Shown here in pieces: positions 9,171 to 19,868 of a stretch of DNA of 64,000 nucleotides (its first letter is position 1; every line of letters starts with the position of its first letter). Under the pieces are notes generated by a model. It had not been told where the DNA came from. It worked only from the letters and a program-made list of their open reading frames with translations, and ran no database searches. The position numbers and the translations under genes are program-made. This stretch comes from Halobacteriales archaeon QS_5_68_33 (GTDB lineage Archaea > Halobacteriota > Halobacteria > Halobacteriales > Haloarculaceae), in the NCBI GenBank assembly GCA_003023785.1, contig PXRS01000077.1, forward strand, positions 57,033 to 121,032, in the 5' to 3' direction.

Positions 9171-9620
9171 ATGGAGTACCACGAAGCGGTGAACCGGCTG
9201 GAGCGGTTGCGGCGGCTCCGGCCCAAGCTGGGGACCGAGACGACCGCCGCGCTCCTGGCGCACCTGGACGACCCCCACGAGGACCTGACCTGGGTACAGG
9301 TCGCCGGGTCGAACGGCAAGGGGAGCACGGCGCGCGTACTCGGTCGGATCCTCCGCGAGGCGGGCCTCTCGGTCGGGTGTTACACCTCGCCGGACCTGAA
9401 CGACCTCCGGGAGCGCGCCACCGTCCGGGGGCAGCCAATTCCGAAGGCCGAGGTGTGCGGGTTCGTCGGGGCGGCCTGGCCGTTCGTCGTCGACCGCGGC
9501 GCGACCATCGTCGACGTCGGCGGCGAGTCGACGCGGCCGGGCGCCGACATGCTCGACGACGTCACCGGTCTCGAAGACGCCGCGATGCGCCGCGTCGTCG
9601 CCACCGCCGGCAACGAGTAG
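9171..9620 (+). pseudogene. mosaic remnant of a folC-folP (folylpolyglutamate synthase / dihydropteroate synthase) fusion gene
   Basis: 149 aa. The FolC N-terminus (VAGSNGKGSTARVLGRIL..GCYTSPDL) is joined in frame to two short DHPS blocks (IVDVGGESTRPGA; MLDDVTGLEDAAMRRVV), followed by a stop. Confidence 0.55.
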
Positions 9621-9989
9621 CGCGAAACTCGAAAAACACGAAAACTGATGTTTTGTGAACGGCGGTTCGACGACCGGTCCGTCCCGACGGTCCCCGTCGT
9701 CGTTCCCGCGGGCGTCTCGCCGGACGTGGGCCGGAAAAACGGACGACCACGCCACACAGGTGCAAAATTCGGACACCCGGACGCGGTCCGGAAGCCACGG
9801 ACCTCCGCACACGCGGTCGTCCGCGTTCGCTCGTCGTGTAACGGAACTGTCGGTAAGGCTGTCATTTAATATCGGACAGCACTTCCCTCGAAAAACGAGC
9901 ATGAAACTGACAGGAACGCCGGCCGCGCGGGCCGTCGACAGTGCAACGAACGGCGGCGACCGAACGACACACGCCGGGGGGCGAGGCCG

Positions 9990-12518
9990 ATGAGCGGCGA
10001 CCTCCCGGACCACGCGCGGACCGTGGTCCTCGGCGCCGGCATCGTCGGGAACAGCCTGACCTACCACCTCGCGGAGCAGGGTCGCGACGACATCCTGCTG
10101 GTCGACAAGGGGCCCCTCCCCGACCCCGGGGGCTCGACCGGGCACGCCTCGAACTTCCTGATGCCCGTCGAGCACTCCAAGGAGATGACCCACCTCACGC
10201 GCGAGAGCATCGAGCAGTACAAGGACATGGACACGTTCGTCAACAGCGGCGGGATCGAGCTGGCCCGCACCGACGAACGCGTCGCGGAGCTCGAGCGCCG
10301 CGTCCAGTCGGCGAAGTCCTGGGGCGAACCGGCCGAACTGCTCACCCCCGAGGAGGTCGAGGAGCTCGTCCCCTACGTCAACACGGACATCGTCAAGGGC
10401 GGATTCTACAGCAAGGGCGCGGGGACCTGCGACCCGCTCCGGGCCGGCGAGGTGATGCGGGCCCGCGCCGACCACGCGACCGAGGGCGGCCTGACGGTCT
10501 CGCCCAACACCGAAGTGCTCGACATGCACGTCGAGGCCGGCGAAATCCAGGCCGTGAAGACCGACCGCGGGACCGTCACCGCCGACGAGGTCGTCATCGC
10601 CGCCGGGCTCTGGAGCCCGAAACTCGCGGCGATGGCGGGCGTCGAGATCCCGCTCACGCCGGCGGTCCACCAGCTCATCAGCGTCGGGCCGATCTCCTAC
10701 TTCGAGGACTACGAGGGCGAGATCTCGTTCCCCGTGGTCCGGGACATGGACACCCAGATGTACGAGCGCCAGCACGGCAACGACATGGAGGTGGGCTCCT
10801 ACCAGCACCGGCCCATCCTCTGGGACGTCGAGGACATCCCCTCGATCGACGAGGCGCCCCTCTCGCCGACCCAGCCACCCCTCACGGACGACGCCTTCGA
10901 GCAGTCCATGGAGAACGCCCTGGAGATCGTCCCCGAACTGCTCGACGACCCGGAGGCCGGCGTCCGCCACGAGATCGACGGCCTGCTGTCGGTGACGCCC
11001 GACGGCGCGCCGCTGCTTGGCCCGCTCCAGGACGTCGAGGGACTGTGGTCGGCCGCCGCCGTCTGGATCAAGGAGGCGCCGGCCATCGGCGAGGCCCTCG
11101 CCCAGTGGATGACGCGGGGCTGGTCGGACATCGACCTCCACAGCTCGAACGTCAACCGGTTCAAGGAGTGGGGCACCTCCCGCGAGTTCGTCAAGGACCG
11201 CGCCCACGAGGGTTACCGGAAGATCTACGGCATCGTCCACCCCCGCGAGCAGTGGCAGTCCTCGCGCCCCCTGCGGACGAGCGCCTTCTACCACCGCCAG
11301 GACGACCTCGACGCCCGCTTTTTCCAGGCCGGCGGCTGGGAGCGCCCCCAGTGGTACGACTCCAACGAGGACCTCGTCCGGCGCTACAACGAGGAACTCG
11401 ACGGCCTCCTGCGGGCCAACGAGTGGGACTCCCGGTGGTGGTCGCCGGTCATCCTCGGCGAGCACCTGCACATGCGCGACAAGGTGGCCATGGTCGGGGA
11501 CATGGGCTTTGCCATCTTCGACCTGCTGGGACCGGGCGCGACCGAGTACGCCGAGAGGATGGCGGTCGGCCGGATGGACGTCGACGTCGGCAAGTCCGTC
11601 TACACGCCGGTCCTCGCGCCCAACGGCGGGTTCGTCTCGGACCTTTCCATCGTCCGGATGGGCGAGAACCACTACCGGGTCATCACCGGCGGCTCCGTCC
11701 AGGGACCGGACAAGGCGCACTTCCGCTCGCACCTGCCCGAGGACGGCTCGGTCCAGCTGGTCGACCGGTCCTCCCAGCTCTGCACGCTCGGCGTCTGGGG
11801 ACCCGACGCGCGGGACGTGGTCGACCCCGTCACCGAGGAGGACATGTCCCACGAGGCGTTCGCCCCCTACACCGCCCAGCACGTGACCATCGGCGAGGTC
11901 GACGCCTGGGCGCTCCGAATATCGTACGTCGGCGAGCAGGGCTGGGAGATCTACGCCCCGATGGACCAGGCCGAGCGGCTCTGGGACACCCTCTACGAGG
12001 CCGGCCAGGACCACGACATCCGCCCCGTCGGCATGGGCGTCTACGGGACGACCGGCCGCATGGAGAAGGGGTATCGCCTCTACGGGCACGAACTCGAACT
12101 GGAGTACACGCCCGCCGAGGCCGGCCTGACCTTCCACGGCGTCAAGGACGCCGACTTCGTCGGGAAGGAGGCCTACGCCGCCGGTATCGACGAGGAGAAC
12201 GCGGCGACGCTGTGTACGCTCTCGGTCGACGACCACCGCTCCGAGGACGGCGACCGCCGGTTCATGCTCGGGAACGAACCCGTCCTCGACGACGGCGAGG
12301 TGCTCGTCGACGACGAGGGCCGCCGGTCGTACGTCACAAGCGCCGGCACCGGGCCCACCGTCGGCAAGCACCTCCTGATGGCGTATCTCCCCCGGGAGTA
12401 CGCCGAGGAGGGGCGGGGCCTCCAGGTCGAGTACATGGGCGAACGGTACCCGGTGACGGTCGAGGTGGCCGGCAGCCGGCCGCTGTTCGACCCCGAAAAC
12501 GAGCGGATACGGAGCTAA
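9990..12518 (+). CDS. dimethylglycine/sarcosine dehydrogenase-type FAD oxidoreductase fused to a GcvT-like folate-binding aminomethyltransferase domain
   Basis: 842 aa. N-terminal dinucleotide fold VVLGAGIVGNSLTYHLAEQG, a DAO-type domain, and a C-terminal GcvT domain. Immediately followed by etfBA. Confidence 0.88.
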   Translation: MSGDLPDHARTVVLGAGIVGNSLTYHLAEQGRDDILLVDKGPLPDPGGSTGHASNFLMPVEHSKEMTHLTRESIEQYKDMDTFVNSGGIELARTDERVAELERRVQSAKSWGEPAELLTPEEVEELVPYVNTDIVKGGFYSKGAGTCDPLRAGEVMRARADHATEGGLTVSPNTEVLDMHVEAGEIQAVKTDRGTVTADEVVIAAGLWSPKLAAMAGVEIPLTPAVHQLISVGPISYFEDYEGEISFPVVRDMDTQMYERQHGNDMEVGSYQHRPILWDVEDIPSIDEAPLSPTQPPLTDDAFEQSMENALEIVPELLDDPEAGVRHEIDGLLSVTPDGAPLLGPLQDVEGLWSAAAVWIKEAPAIGEALAQWMTRGWSDIDLHSSNVNRFKEWGTSREFVKDRAHEGYRKIYGIVHPREQWQSSRPLRTSAFYHRQDDLDARFFQAGGWERPQWYDSNEDLVRRYNEELDGLLRANEWDSRWWSPVILGEHLHMRDKVAMVGDMGFAIFDLLGPGATEYAERMAVGRMDVDVGKSVYTPVLAPNGGFVSDLSIVRMGENHYRVITGGSVQGPDKAHFRSHLPEDGSVQLVDRSSQLCTLGVWGPDARDVVDPVTEEDMSHEAFAPYTAQHVTIGEVDAWALRISYVGEQGWEIYAPMDQAERLWDTLYEAGQDHDIRPVGMGVYGTTGRMEKGYRLYGHELELEYTPAEAGLTFHGVKDADFVGKEAYAAGIDEENAATLCTLSVDDHRSEDGDRRFMLGNEPVLDDGEVLVDDEGRRSYVTSAGTGPTVGKHLLMAYLPREYAEEGRGLQVEYMGERYPVTVEVAGSRPLFDPENERIRS

Positions 12519-12520
12519 GC

Positions 12521-13285
12521 ATGGACGTGCTCGCCTGCATCAAGCGCGTCCCGGACACGGGGGCGAAGATCGTCCTGACCGACGACGGGCAGGACATCGA
12601 CACCAGCAGCCTCGGCTTCACGATGAGCCCCCACGAGGAGTGTGCCATCGAGGAGGCCATCCAGCAGGTCGAGGAACACGGCGGGTCGACGACGGTGCTG
12701 ACGCTCGGTCCCGGGGACGCCGACGAGCAGCTGCGCACCGGCCTCGCGATGGGCGTCGACCGCGCGACCCACCTGGAGACCGACGGCGAGGAGTGGAGTC
12801 CCCGCGCGACCGCGAACGCCATCGCCGACGCGGTGCGCGACGAGGACCGGGAGTTCGACCTCCTGTTTTTCGGCAACGAGTCGGCCGACACCGCCAACTA
12901 CCAGGTGGGCGTCCGCGTCGCCCGCGAGCTCGGCCTGCCCTGCGTCGCGGGCATCAAGACCCTCGACGTCGCCGACGGGACCGCCGTCGCCAGGCGCGAG
13001 GTCTCGGGCGGCGAGGAGGTCTACGAACTCGACCTGCCCGCCGTGATATCGGTCAAGGAGGGGATCAACGAACCGCGGTACGCCTCGATGCGGGCGAAGA
13101 TGCAGGCCCGCCGCGAGGAGGTACCCGCCGAGACGCCCGACCACACCGAGGGGCCGGGCGCCTTCGAGAAGGTCCGCCTCGAAACGCCGGCGGGCGACGA
13201 CTCCGACGCCGAGATCCTCGGCGAGGGACCGGCGGCGGTCCCGAACGTGGTCGAGGTGCTCGGAGACGACGTGGAGGTGCTCTGA
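12521..13285 (+). CDS. etfB: electron transfer flavoprotein beta subunit
   Basis: [19 protein letters not shown]... typical EtfB. Internal ATG in frame with track ORF 9941..13285, 2 nt after the upstream stop. Confidence 0.9.
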   Translation: MDVLACIKRVPDTGAKIVLTDDGQDIDTSSLGFTMSPHEECAIEEAIQQVEEHGGSTTVLTLGPGDADEQLRTGLAMGVDRATHLETDGEEWSPRATANAIADAVRDEDREFDLLFFGNESADTANYQVGVRVARELGLPCVAGIKTLDVADGTAVARREVSGGEEVYELDLPAVISVKEGINEPRYASMRAKMQARREEVPAETPDHTEGPGAFEKVRLETPAGDDSDAEILGEGPAAVPNVVEVLGDDVEVL

Positions 13286-13286
13286 G

Positions 13287-14252
13287 ATGGTGCTCGCGTT
13301 CGTCGAACACGAGGCCGGCGACCCCGCCGAGACGTCGCTGGAGGCGCTCTCGTTCGCCCGCGAACTCGCGGCAGACACCGACACCGACCTCTCGGCGGCC
13401 GTCTTCGGCGAGGAGGCCGCCGGGACGGCCGACGCGCTCGGCGACCACGGCGTCGCCGAGGTCCACCACGTCACGCACGACCGCCTCGACGGCTACGCGC
13501 CCCGGGCGTGGGGCGAAACGCTGGCACAGCTCGTGGAGGTCATGGACCCCGTCGCGCTCGTCGCGCCGGGGAGCGACCGCGGCCACGAGGCACTCGCCCA
13601 CGCCGGTGCGACGCTCGACCTGCCGGTGGTCGCCAACTGCACCGCCGCCGAGGTACCCGGCGCGACCGCCGAGAAGGCCGCCCCCGTGGCCGCCGACGGC
13701 GGTGTCGCGGCGGAGGGCGGCGCGGCGAGCGAGTGGCAGGTCACCCGCCACCGCTGGGGCGGCAGCCTCGCCGGGGAGGCCGCCGCGGCCACGGTCGAAC
13801 CGTTCGAACCCGACCTCGACGACCCCCAGTTCAGGGTGCAGGTCACCCGGACCGAGGAATCCGACGTCGAGGGCGTCCCGCTGGGCGAGGCGCGGGTCGT
13901 CGTCAGCGGCGGGCGCGGCGTCGGGAGCGCCGAGGACTTCGACCAACTCGAAGAACTGGCCGACCTGCTCGGCGGGGCGCTCGGGGCCTCCCGTGCGGCC
14001 GTCAACGAGGGCTGGCGGGCGCACGACGACCAGATCGGCCTCACGGGCGCGAAGATCAGCCCCGACATCTACATCCCCTGCGGGATCAGCGGCGCCGTCC
14101 AGCACATGGTCGGGTGCAAGGGCGCGAGCAACATCCTCGCGATCAACACCGACCCCGAGGCCGCGATCATCCAGAAGGCCGATTACGCCGTCATCGGCGA
14201 CCTCCACGAGGTCGTCCCCGAACTCAACGAGGCCCTCCGCGAGGAACAGTAG
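13287..14252 (+). CDS. etfA: electron transfer flavoprotein alpha subunit
   Basis: 321 aa with C-terminal FAD motifs ([28 protein letters not shown]). Confidence 0.9.
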   Translation: MVLAFVEHEAGDPAETSLEALSFARELAADTDTDLSAAVFGEEAAGTADALGDHGVAEVHHVTHDRLDGYAPRAWGETLAQLVEVMDPVALVAPGSDRGHEALAHAGATLDLPVVANCTAAEVPGATAEKAAPVAADGGVAAEGGAASEWQVTRHRWGGSLAGEAAAATVEPFEPDLDDPQFRVQVTRTEESDVEGVPLGEARVVVSGGRGVGSAEDFDQLEELADLLGGALGASRAAVNEGWRAHDDQIGLTGAKISPDIYIPCGISGAVQHMVGCKGASNILAINTDPEAAIIQKADYAVIGDLHEVVPELNEALREEQ

Positions 14253-14376
14253 TCGGGCACGACCCGGTCCACGACAGGTACGTATCCTGTCAATTCTCGT
14301 TTCGGGTCCGTCCCGCTGTCGTGTCGCAGCGTCACAGGACGGACCGGCGGTCGCTCATCCTGCCCCGGAACGACGG

Positions 14377-14943
14377 TCAGCCGTCGCGCTCGGAACCGAT
14401 CGTCCAGAGCGCCCGGGAGAGCGCCCACAGCGAACAGTCACACCGCTGCGCGACTCCGCGGCAGGTCCGGAGGTAGCGCTCGTACTCCTCGGCGGCGGGC
14501 GGGTCGGGGTAGGGCGCGTCGAGCTCGCCGGCGGCCCGGAGCGTCTCCCACTCGCGGCGGCTCGCGACGAGGTAACGCTGGGGGTGGAGGAAGGCGAGAA
14601 ACGCCGACCCGACCGGGACGTCGACGCCCGACAGCGCCGTCAGCGACCCGAGTTTCGCCGCCGTCCCGTCGGCCGCGACGGCGTCGGCGACGGCCCCGTG
14701 GACGGCTTCGTAGCTGTTCTCGCCGTAGCGTTCCTCGGCGGCCCGGCGGTCGGCGTCGGGGTAGGCACCGAGGTACCGGCGGTAGTACCACTGGACGACC
14801 CATTCGGCGTCCCGCCAGCCGAACTCGCCGCTCGCGAGCGCGTCGGGGAGCGTCTCGCGGTGCTCCGCCTCGACGGCGTAGAGCGGTTGCACCGTCTCGT
14901 AGGCGTCGGCCTTCCGGGCGACGAGGGCGGGCGTCAGGTCCAT
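14377..14943 (-). CDS. hypothetical protein
   Basis: Acidic 188-aa ORF with haloarchaeal-like composition, starting at MDLTPALV. No motif recognised. Confidence 0.55.
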   Translation of the reverse strand: MDLTPALVARKADAYETVQPLYAVEAEHRETLPDALASGEFGWRDAEWVVQWYYRRYLGAYPDADRRAAEERYGENSYEAVHGAVADAVAADGTAAKLGSLTALSGVDVPVGSAFLAFLHPQRYLVASRREWETLRAAGELDAPYPDPPAAEEYERYLRTCRGVAQRCDCSLWALSRALWTIGSERDG

Positions 14944-15081
14944 CGCCCGGAACTCGACGGGCCATCGGCTTGATAGTTCCTCCGGCGGCGGGCACCCCGG
15001 CGGCCGCTCGCGTCGGTCCCGAGGCAAGATTCAAACCCGCCGGGGCTGAACCTTTGTCCACAATGATCCACGTTCAAGTGG

Positions 15082-17196
15082 GTGTCACGGATGTCCAGTG
15101 ACGACGAGCCCGTCAAGACCATCTGCCCGTACTGCGGCGTCGGCTGCGGTATCAAGGTGAACCCCGGCGAGGAGCCGGGCGACATGCGGTTCATGCCGTG
15201 GGGGGACGCGCCGGTCAACGAGGGGCGGGTCTGCATCAAGGGCGGCGCGGCGACGGAGGTGGTCGACCACGAGGACCGCCTGACCGACCCCCTGATCAAG
15301 GAGGACGGCGAGTTCCGCGAGGCCTCCTGGGCGGAGGCCTACGACCTGGTCGTCGGCGAACTCGAGCGGATCCGCGAGGAGTACGAGCCCGACGCGATGG
15401 GCTTTTTCGGCTCCTCGAAGACGATGAACGAGGAGAACTACCTCCTCCAGAAACTGGCCCGGCGCTACGGGACCAACAACGTGGACAACTGCACCCGGAT
15501 GTGTCACGCCTCGACGGTGTGGGCGCTCCGGACGAGCCTGGGCGCGGGCGCGATGACCAACAGCATGGCCGACCTGCGCGAGGCGGCCGACGTCTTCTGG
15601 ATCCAGGGGGCAAACCCCGGCGAGCAACACCCCATCGCCAACAGCGTCTACTTCCGGCAGGCGGTCAACGAGGGCGCGACCGTCATCCAGGTCGACCCCC
15701 ACGCCAACAAGACGACGCGGTCGTTCAAGATAGACGAGACCGACCGCCACGTGCACCTCCAGCTCGAACCCGGGACGGACATCCCCCTGCTGAACGTCGT
15801 CCTCAAGACGGTTCTGGAGAACGGCTGGGTCGACGAGGAGTTCGTCGCGGAGCGCACCGAGGGGTTCGACCACCTCGAAGAGACCCTCGCGGACTTCGAC
15901 AAGGCGGCCGCCGCCGAGGAGTGTGGCGTCCCCCTCGAAGACATCGAGGCTGCCGCGGAGACGTACGCCACGGCCGAGAACGCGGCCATCTTCACCGGGA
16001 TGGGGATGAGCCAGCACACCTGCGGCGTCGACAACGTGCAAAACGAGATCAACCTCGCGCTGGTGACGGGTAACCTCGGACGGCCGGGCACCGGCGTCAA
16101 CCCGCTGCGCGGCCAGAACAACGTCCAGGGGACGTGTGACGTGGGCGCGATGCCGAACGTCCTCCCGGGCTACCAGCTCGTCGACGACGACGAGGCCCGC
16201 GAGTCCGTCGAGGACGTCTGGGGCTTCGAGGTTCCGGACGAGCCCGGGCTGACGAACGTCGAGATATCCCACGAGGCGGGCGAGTCGATCCACGGGCTGT
16301 ACATCATGGGCGAAAACCCCGTGATGTCCGAACCCGACGGCAACCGCGTCGAGGAACGTCTGCAGGAGTTGGAGTTCATCGTCGCCCAGGACATCTTCAT
16401 GACCGAGACGGCCAAATACGCCGACGTGGTCCTCCCGGCGACGACCTGGGCCGAGCGCGGCGGCACCGTCACGAACACCGACCGGCGCGTCCAGCTGATG
16501 CGCCCCGTCGAGAAGGTCCACGAGAACACGAAACACGACCTCGACATCCTCACCGAAGTGGGCACCCGCCTGTTCGGCGACCCCTTCGACTTCGCGGACG
16601 TCGAGGCGGTGTTCGAGGAACTCCGGCAGGTCTGTCCCAGCTACCACGGGATGACCTACGACGCGCTCGACGAGGCGGGGATCCAGTGGCCCTGCTACGA
16701 GCCCGGCGACGAGGGCGACCAGTACCTCTACGAGGACGGCTTCGAGACCGACAGCGGCCTCGGGCAGATCGAGGGCGTGCGCCACCAGGAACCCGAGGAG
16801 ACACCCGACGAGGAGTACCCGCTCATCCTGACGACGGCGCGACTGGAAGAGCACTACAACACGGGGACGATGAGCCGGCGCTCGCCGACGCTGAAGCGCC
16901 AGTACCCCGGGAACTTCGTCGACGTCCACCCGAACGACGCCGAGCGCTACGGCATCGAGGACGGCCAGGAGATCCGGCTCGAATCCCGACGCGGCGAGAT
17001 CACCGTCGAGGCGCACGTCACCGAGGACATCAAGGAGGGGTCGGTCTGGACGACGCCCCACTTCGCGGCCGCCTCCGCCAACCGTCTGACCAACGACGTG
17101 CTCGACGAGCGCGCCAAGATCCCCGAGTACAAGGCCGCCGCCGCCGAGATAGAGGTCGACATCGAACCGACGGACGCCGCACCCGCCGACGACTAG
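15082..17196 (+). CDS. cytoplasmic molybdopterin oxidoreductase, formate dehydrogenase alpha-type (Cys form)
   Basis: N-terminal CPYCGVGCG Fe-S motif, a Cys-His active-site pair (TRMCHASTV), bis-MGD domains, and no Tat signal. An alternative ATG lies at 15091. Confidence 0.8.
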   Translation: MSRMSSDDEPVKTICPYCGVGCGIKVNPGEEPGDMRFMPWGDAPVNEGRVCIKGGAATEVVDHEDRLTDPLIKEDGEFREASWAEAYDLVVGELERIREEYEPDAMGFFGSSKTMNEENYLLQKLARRYGTNNVDNCTRMCHASTVWALRTSLGAGAMTNSMADLREAADVFWIQGANPGEQHPIANSVYFRQAVNEGATVIQVDPHANKTTRSFKIDETDRHVHLQLEPGTDIPLLNVVLKTVLENGWVDEEFVAERTEGFDHLEETLADFDKAAAAEECGVPLEDIEAAAETYATAENAAIFTGMGMSQHTCGVDNVQNEINLALVTGNLGRPGTGVNPLRGQNNVQGTCDVGAMPNVLPGYQLVDDDEARESVEDVWGFEVPDEPGLTNVEISHEAGESIHGLYIMGENPVMSEPDGNRVEERLQELEFIVAQDIFMTETAKYADVVLPATTWAERGGTVTNTDRRVQLMRPVEKVHENTKHDLDILTEVGTRLFGDPFDFADVEAVFEELRQVCPSYHGMTYDALDEAGIQWPCYEPGDEGDQYLYEDGFETDSGLGQIEGVRHQEPEETPDEEYPLILTTARLEEHYNTGTMSRRSPTLKRQYPGNFVDVHPNDAERYGIEDGQEIRLESRRGEITVEAHVTEDIKEGSVWTTPHFAAASANRLTNDVLDERAKIPEYKAAAAEIEVDIEPTDAAPADD

Positions 17197-17320
17197 CGGC
17201 CGGCGACGGCGCACCGCTCCCTGCGGTGGCGTCTCCCCGACCGCAGGACCCCGCTCGCCGGTGGTTCCGACGGAGGACCGGGACAACCCTTTTGCTCGCC
17301 GCCGCCCGTACTGACGCGTG

Positions 17321-19072
17321 ATGACACTCCGCACACCCCGGCGTCTGCTCCGGGTCGACCTCTCGGCGGGGTCGGTCGAGAGCGTCCCGGTGCCCGACGC
17401 GTGGCGCCGCCGCTACGTCGGCGGCAAGGGCCTGGGCGCCCGCTATCTCTACGAGGAACTCGACGCCGGGACGGACCCGCTGGGCCCCGATAACGCCCTC
17501 CTCTTCCTGCTCGGGCCGGTGTCGGGGCTGCTCCCCGGGGAGTCGCGCTACGCCGCCGTCACGAAGTCGCCGCTTACGGGCGGCTTCCTCGACTCCTACG
17601 CCGGCGGGACGTTCCCCGAGACGCTCGCCGGCGCGCTCGCCGACCACGTCGGGGTCCTGGTCACGGGCGCGGCGTCCGAGCCCGTCAGGCTGGCGGTCGA
17701 AGCCGACGGCGCGACGCTCGAGCCGGCCGGGACGTGGGGCGCTGACACCGCCGAGACGGCAGCGGCGTTTCCCGACGCGGCCGTCGCCTGCATCGGCCCG
17801 GCGGGCGAAAAGCGGGTCAGGTACGCGACCATCGCCTCGGACGCCGGCGAACACCACGCCGGCCGCGGCGGGGCGGGCGCGGTCATGGGCGCGAAGCGCC
17901 TGAAGGCCGTCGTTGTCCGGGGCGACCCGCCCGAGGGCCTCGACGCGCTCCGCGAGGAGTACGCCGACCGCTACCGCGAGGGCGACACCGGGCGGTGGCT
18001 CGGGGCCAGCGGCACCGTCGAGACGGTCGATTTCGCCAACGCCGTCGGCGCGCTCTCGACCAGGGGCTGGCAGGCCACCGAGTTCGCGGCCGCCGACGAC
18101 GTCGGCATCGACGCCGTCCGGGAGCAGGCCCACGACCGGGAGCACGACGGCGACGACCCGCGGGGCTTCCGGGTCGACACCGACGAGGGCGAAACGGTCC
18201 CGCGCGGCGCGACGGCGATGTCCCTGGGCGCCGGACTGGGCATCGAGGAGTTCGACGCCGTCGCCGCGCTGGGCGAGACCTGCAACCGCCTGGGGGTCGA
18301 CCTCATCAGCGCCGGGAGCGCGGTCGCGTGGGCGGTCCGCGCGGGCGAGGAGGGACTGCTCGACCGTGGCCTGCGCTTCGGCGACCCCGAGGGCGCGCGG
18401 GCGCTGCTGGGCGAGATCGCGGGACGCGAAACGGAACTCGGGGACGCGCTGGCCGACGGCGTCGACGCCGCCGCCGAGCGGTACGGCGGTTCGGGACTGG
18501 TCCCGACGGTCAAGGCGATGGAACTGCCCGCCTACGACCCGCGGGGCGCCCACAGCATGGCGCTGGCCTACGCGACGAGCGACCGCGGGGCCTGTCACCG
18601 GCGGGCCCGGACCGTCGAGCGCGAGGTGTTCGACGGCGGCTGGAGTGCGAAGCGGGCCGCGCGGGCGGTCGCCGACGAGCAGAACCAGCGGTCGGTGCTC
18701 TGGAGCCTCGTCGTCGACGACTTCGTCGGTGACGTCTTCGCGGACCTGGGGGCCGAATGGCTCGACGCGGTCGGCCTCGACACCGAGGGCGACCTGGAGA
18801 CGGTCGGCGAGCGCATCTGGACGCTGACCCGCCTGTTCAACGTCCGCGAGGGGGTCTCGCGGGCCGACGACGAACTCCCGCCGGCGCTCCGGGCCGCGCC
18901 CGACGGGCCCGGCGAGGGGGTCGACCCCGGGCGGTTCGACGCGATGCTCGACGCCTACTACGGGATCCGGGGGTGGGGACCGGACGGCCGGCCGACGCGG
19001 GCGACGGTCGAGCGACTCGGCCTCGCGGCGGCCGTCGACGGGGAGACGACGCTCGCGACCACACAGCCATGA
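17321..19072 (+). CDS. aldehyde:ferredoxin oxidoreductase family (tungstopterin) protein
   Basis: AOR N-terminal domain (LLRVDLSAGSVESVPVPDAWRRRYVGGKGLGARYL) with full-length AOR layout. Confidence 0.85.
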   Translation: MTLRTPRRLLRVDLSAGSVESVPVPDAWRRRYVGGKGLGARYLYEELDAGTDPLGPDNALLFLLGPVSGLLPGESRYAAVTKSPLTGGFLDSYAGGTFPETLAGALADHVGVLVTGAASEPVRLAVEADGATLEPAGTWGADTAETAAAFPDAAVACIGPAGEKRVRYATIASDAGEHHAGRGGAGAVMGAKRLKAVVVRGDPPEGLDALREEYADRYREGDTGRWLGASGTVETVDFANAVGALSTRGWQATEFAAADDVGIDAVREQAHDREHDGDDPRGFRVDTDEGETVPRGATAMSLGAGLGIEEFDAVAALGETCNRLGVDLISAGSAVAWAVRAGEEGLLDRGLRFGDPEGARALLGEIAGRETELGDALADGVDAAAERYGGSGLVPTVKAMELPAYDPRGAHSMALAYATSDRGACHRRARTVEREVFDGGWSAKRAARAVADEQNQRSVLWSLVVDDFVGDVFADLGAEWLDAVGLDTEGDLETVGERIWTLTRLFNVREGVSRADDELPPALRAAPDGPGEGVDPGRFDAMLDAYYGIRGWGPDGRPTRATVERLGLAAAVDGETTLATTQP

Positions 19073-19851
19073 CAGACAGGATCGACCTCGACGAGATGGG
19101 CGGCGAGTCGGACGAGCGACCGGACGCGAACCACGGCGACTGGTTCTGGCGCGACGAGGGCGACCCCGACGCCGAACCCGACCCCGGCGAGGGGTGGCTG
19201 GACGCCGCCGGAACCGGCGGTGTCGACGATGCCGGGGGCGCCGAGGGGGACGCGGACGACGGGATGGAGCGCGACCGCGACCCGGTACCGGGCGTCCCGC
19301 GGTCGAACCGGGACCGCCCGGTCGGCGTCCCGGTCGAGGGCGGCGGCGCCGGCGGTGGTGGCGGGACCGCCGGGACGAACGATGCCGGCGCGGGAGACAC
19401 CGCGGACGCCGCGGCCGACCCGGCAACAGGCGAGGCGGGAACGGCGAGCGGGCCACACGGCGGGGGCGCAGACGACATGACGCTCGCGCTGACCTACGAG
19501 GCCGCACAGCGACTCGCGGACCCGCGGCTCGCGGTCATCGAGGCCAAGTCGTGGACCGACTGGATCGGCATCGTCGGTGACGTGCCGGCCTACGAGATAA
19601 ACCGCTTCCAGCGCGAACACGAGATCGACGTCGATTTCTTCAGCGGCGCCGGCCAGGAACCGGCCGAGCGCCTCGCCGACGTCGACGAACACTCGATGTT
19701 CTACGCCGAGCGGATGGCGCTGGTCGGCCTCACCGGCGAGGCGGGCATCGCCGAGCGCGCGGGCTGGGAGTTCGTCCCCCTCGAGACGGCCGCCGAGCAG
19801 GCCGACTGGGAGGTGACCGACGCCGAGAACGACCGGTCGGTGGCGGAGTAG
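19069..19851 (+). CDS. acidic hypothetical protein (Gly/Asp-rich N-half, conserved-looking C-half)
   Basis: The ATG overlaps the AOR stop (ATGA). 260 aa in frame within track ORF 18757..19851. Confidence 0.6.
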   Translation: MTDRIDLDEMGGESDERPDANHGDWFWRDEGDPDAEPDPGEGWLDAAGTGGVDDAGGAEGDADDGMERDRDPVPGVPRSNRDRPVGVPVEGGGAGGGGGTAGTNDAGAGDTADAAADPATGEAGTASGPHGGGADDMTLALTYEAAQRLADPRLAVIEAKSWTDWIGIVGDVPAYEINRFQREHEIDVDFFSGAGQEPAERLADVDEHSMFYAERMALVGLTGEAGIAERAGWEFVPLETAAEQADWEVTDAENDRSVAE

Positions 19852-19868
19852 GGGGAACTTTTAGGAGG

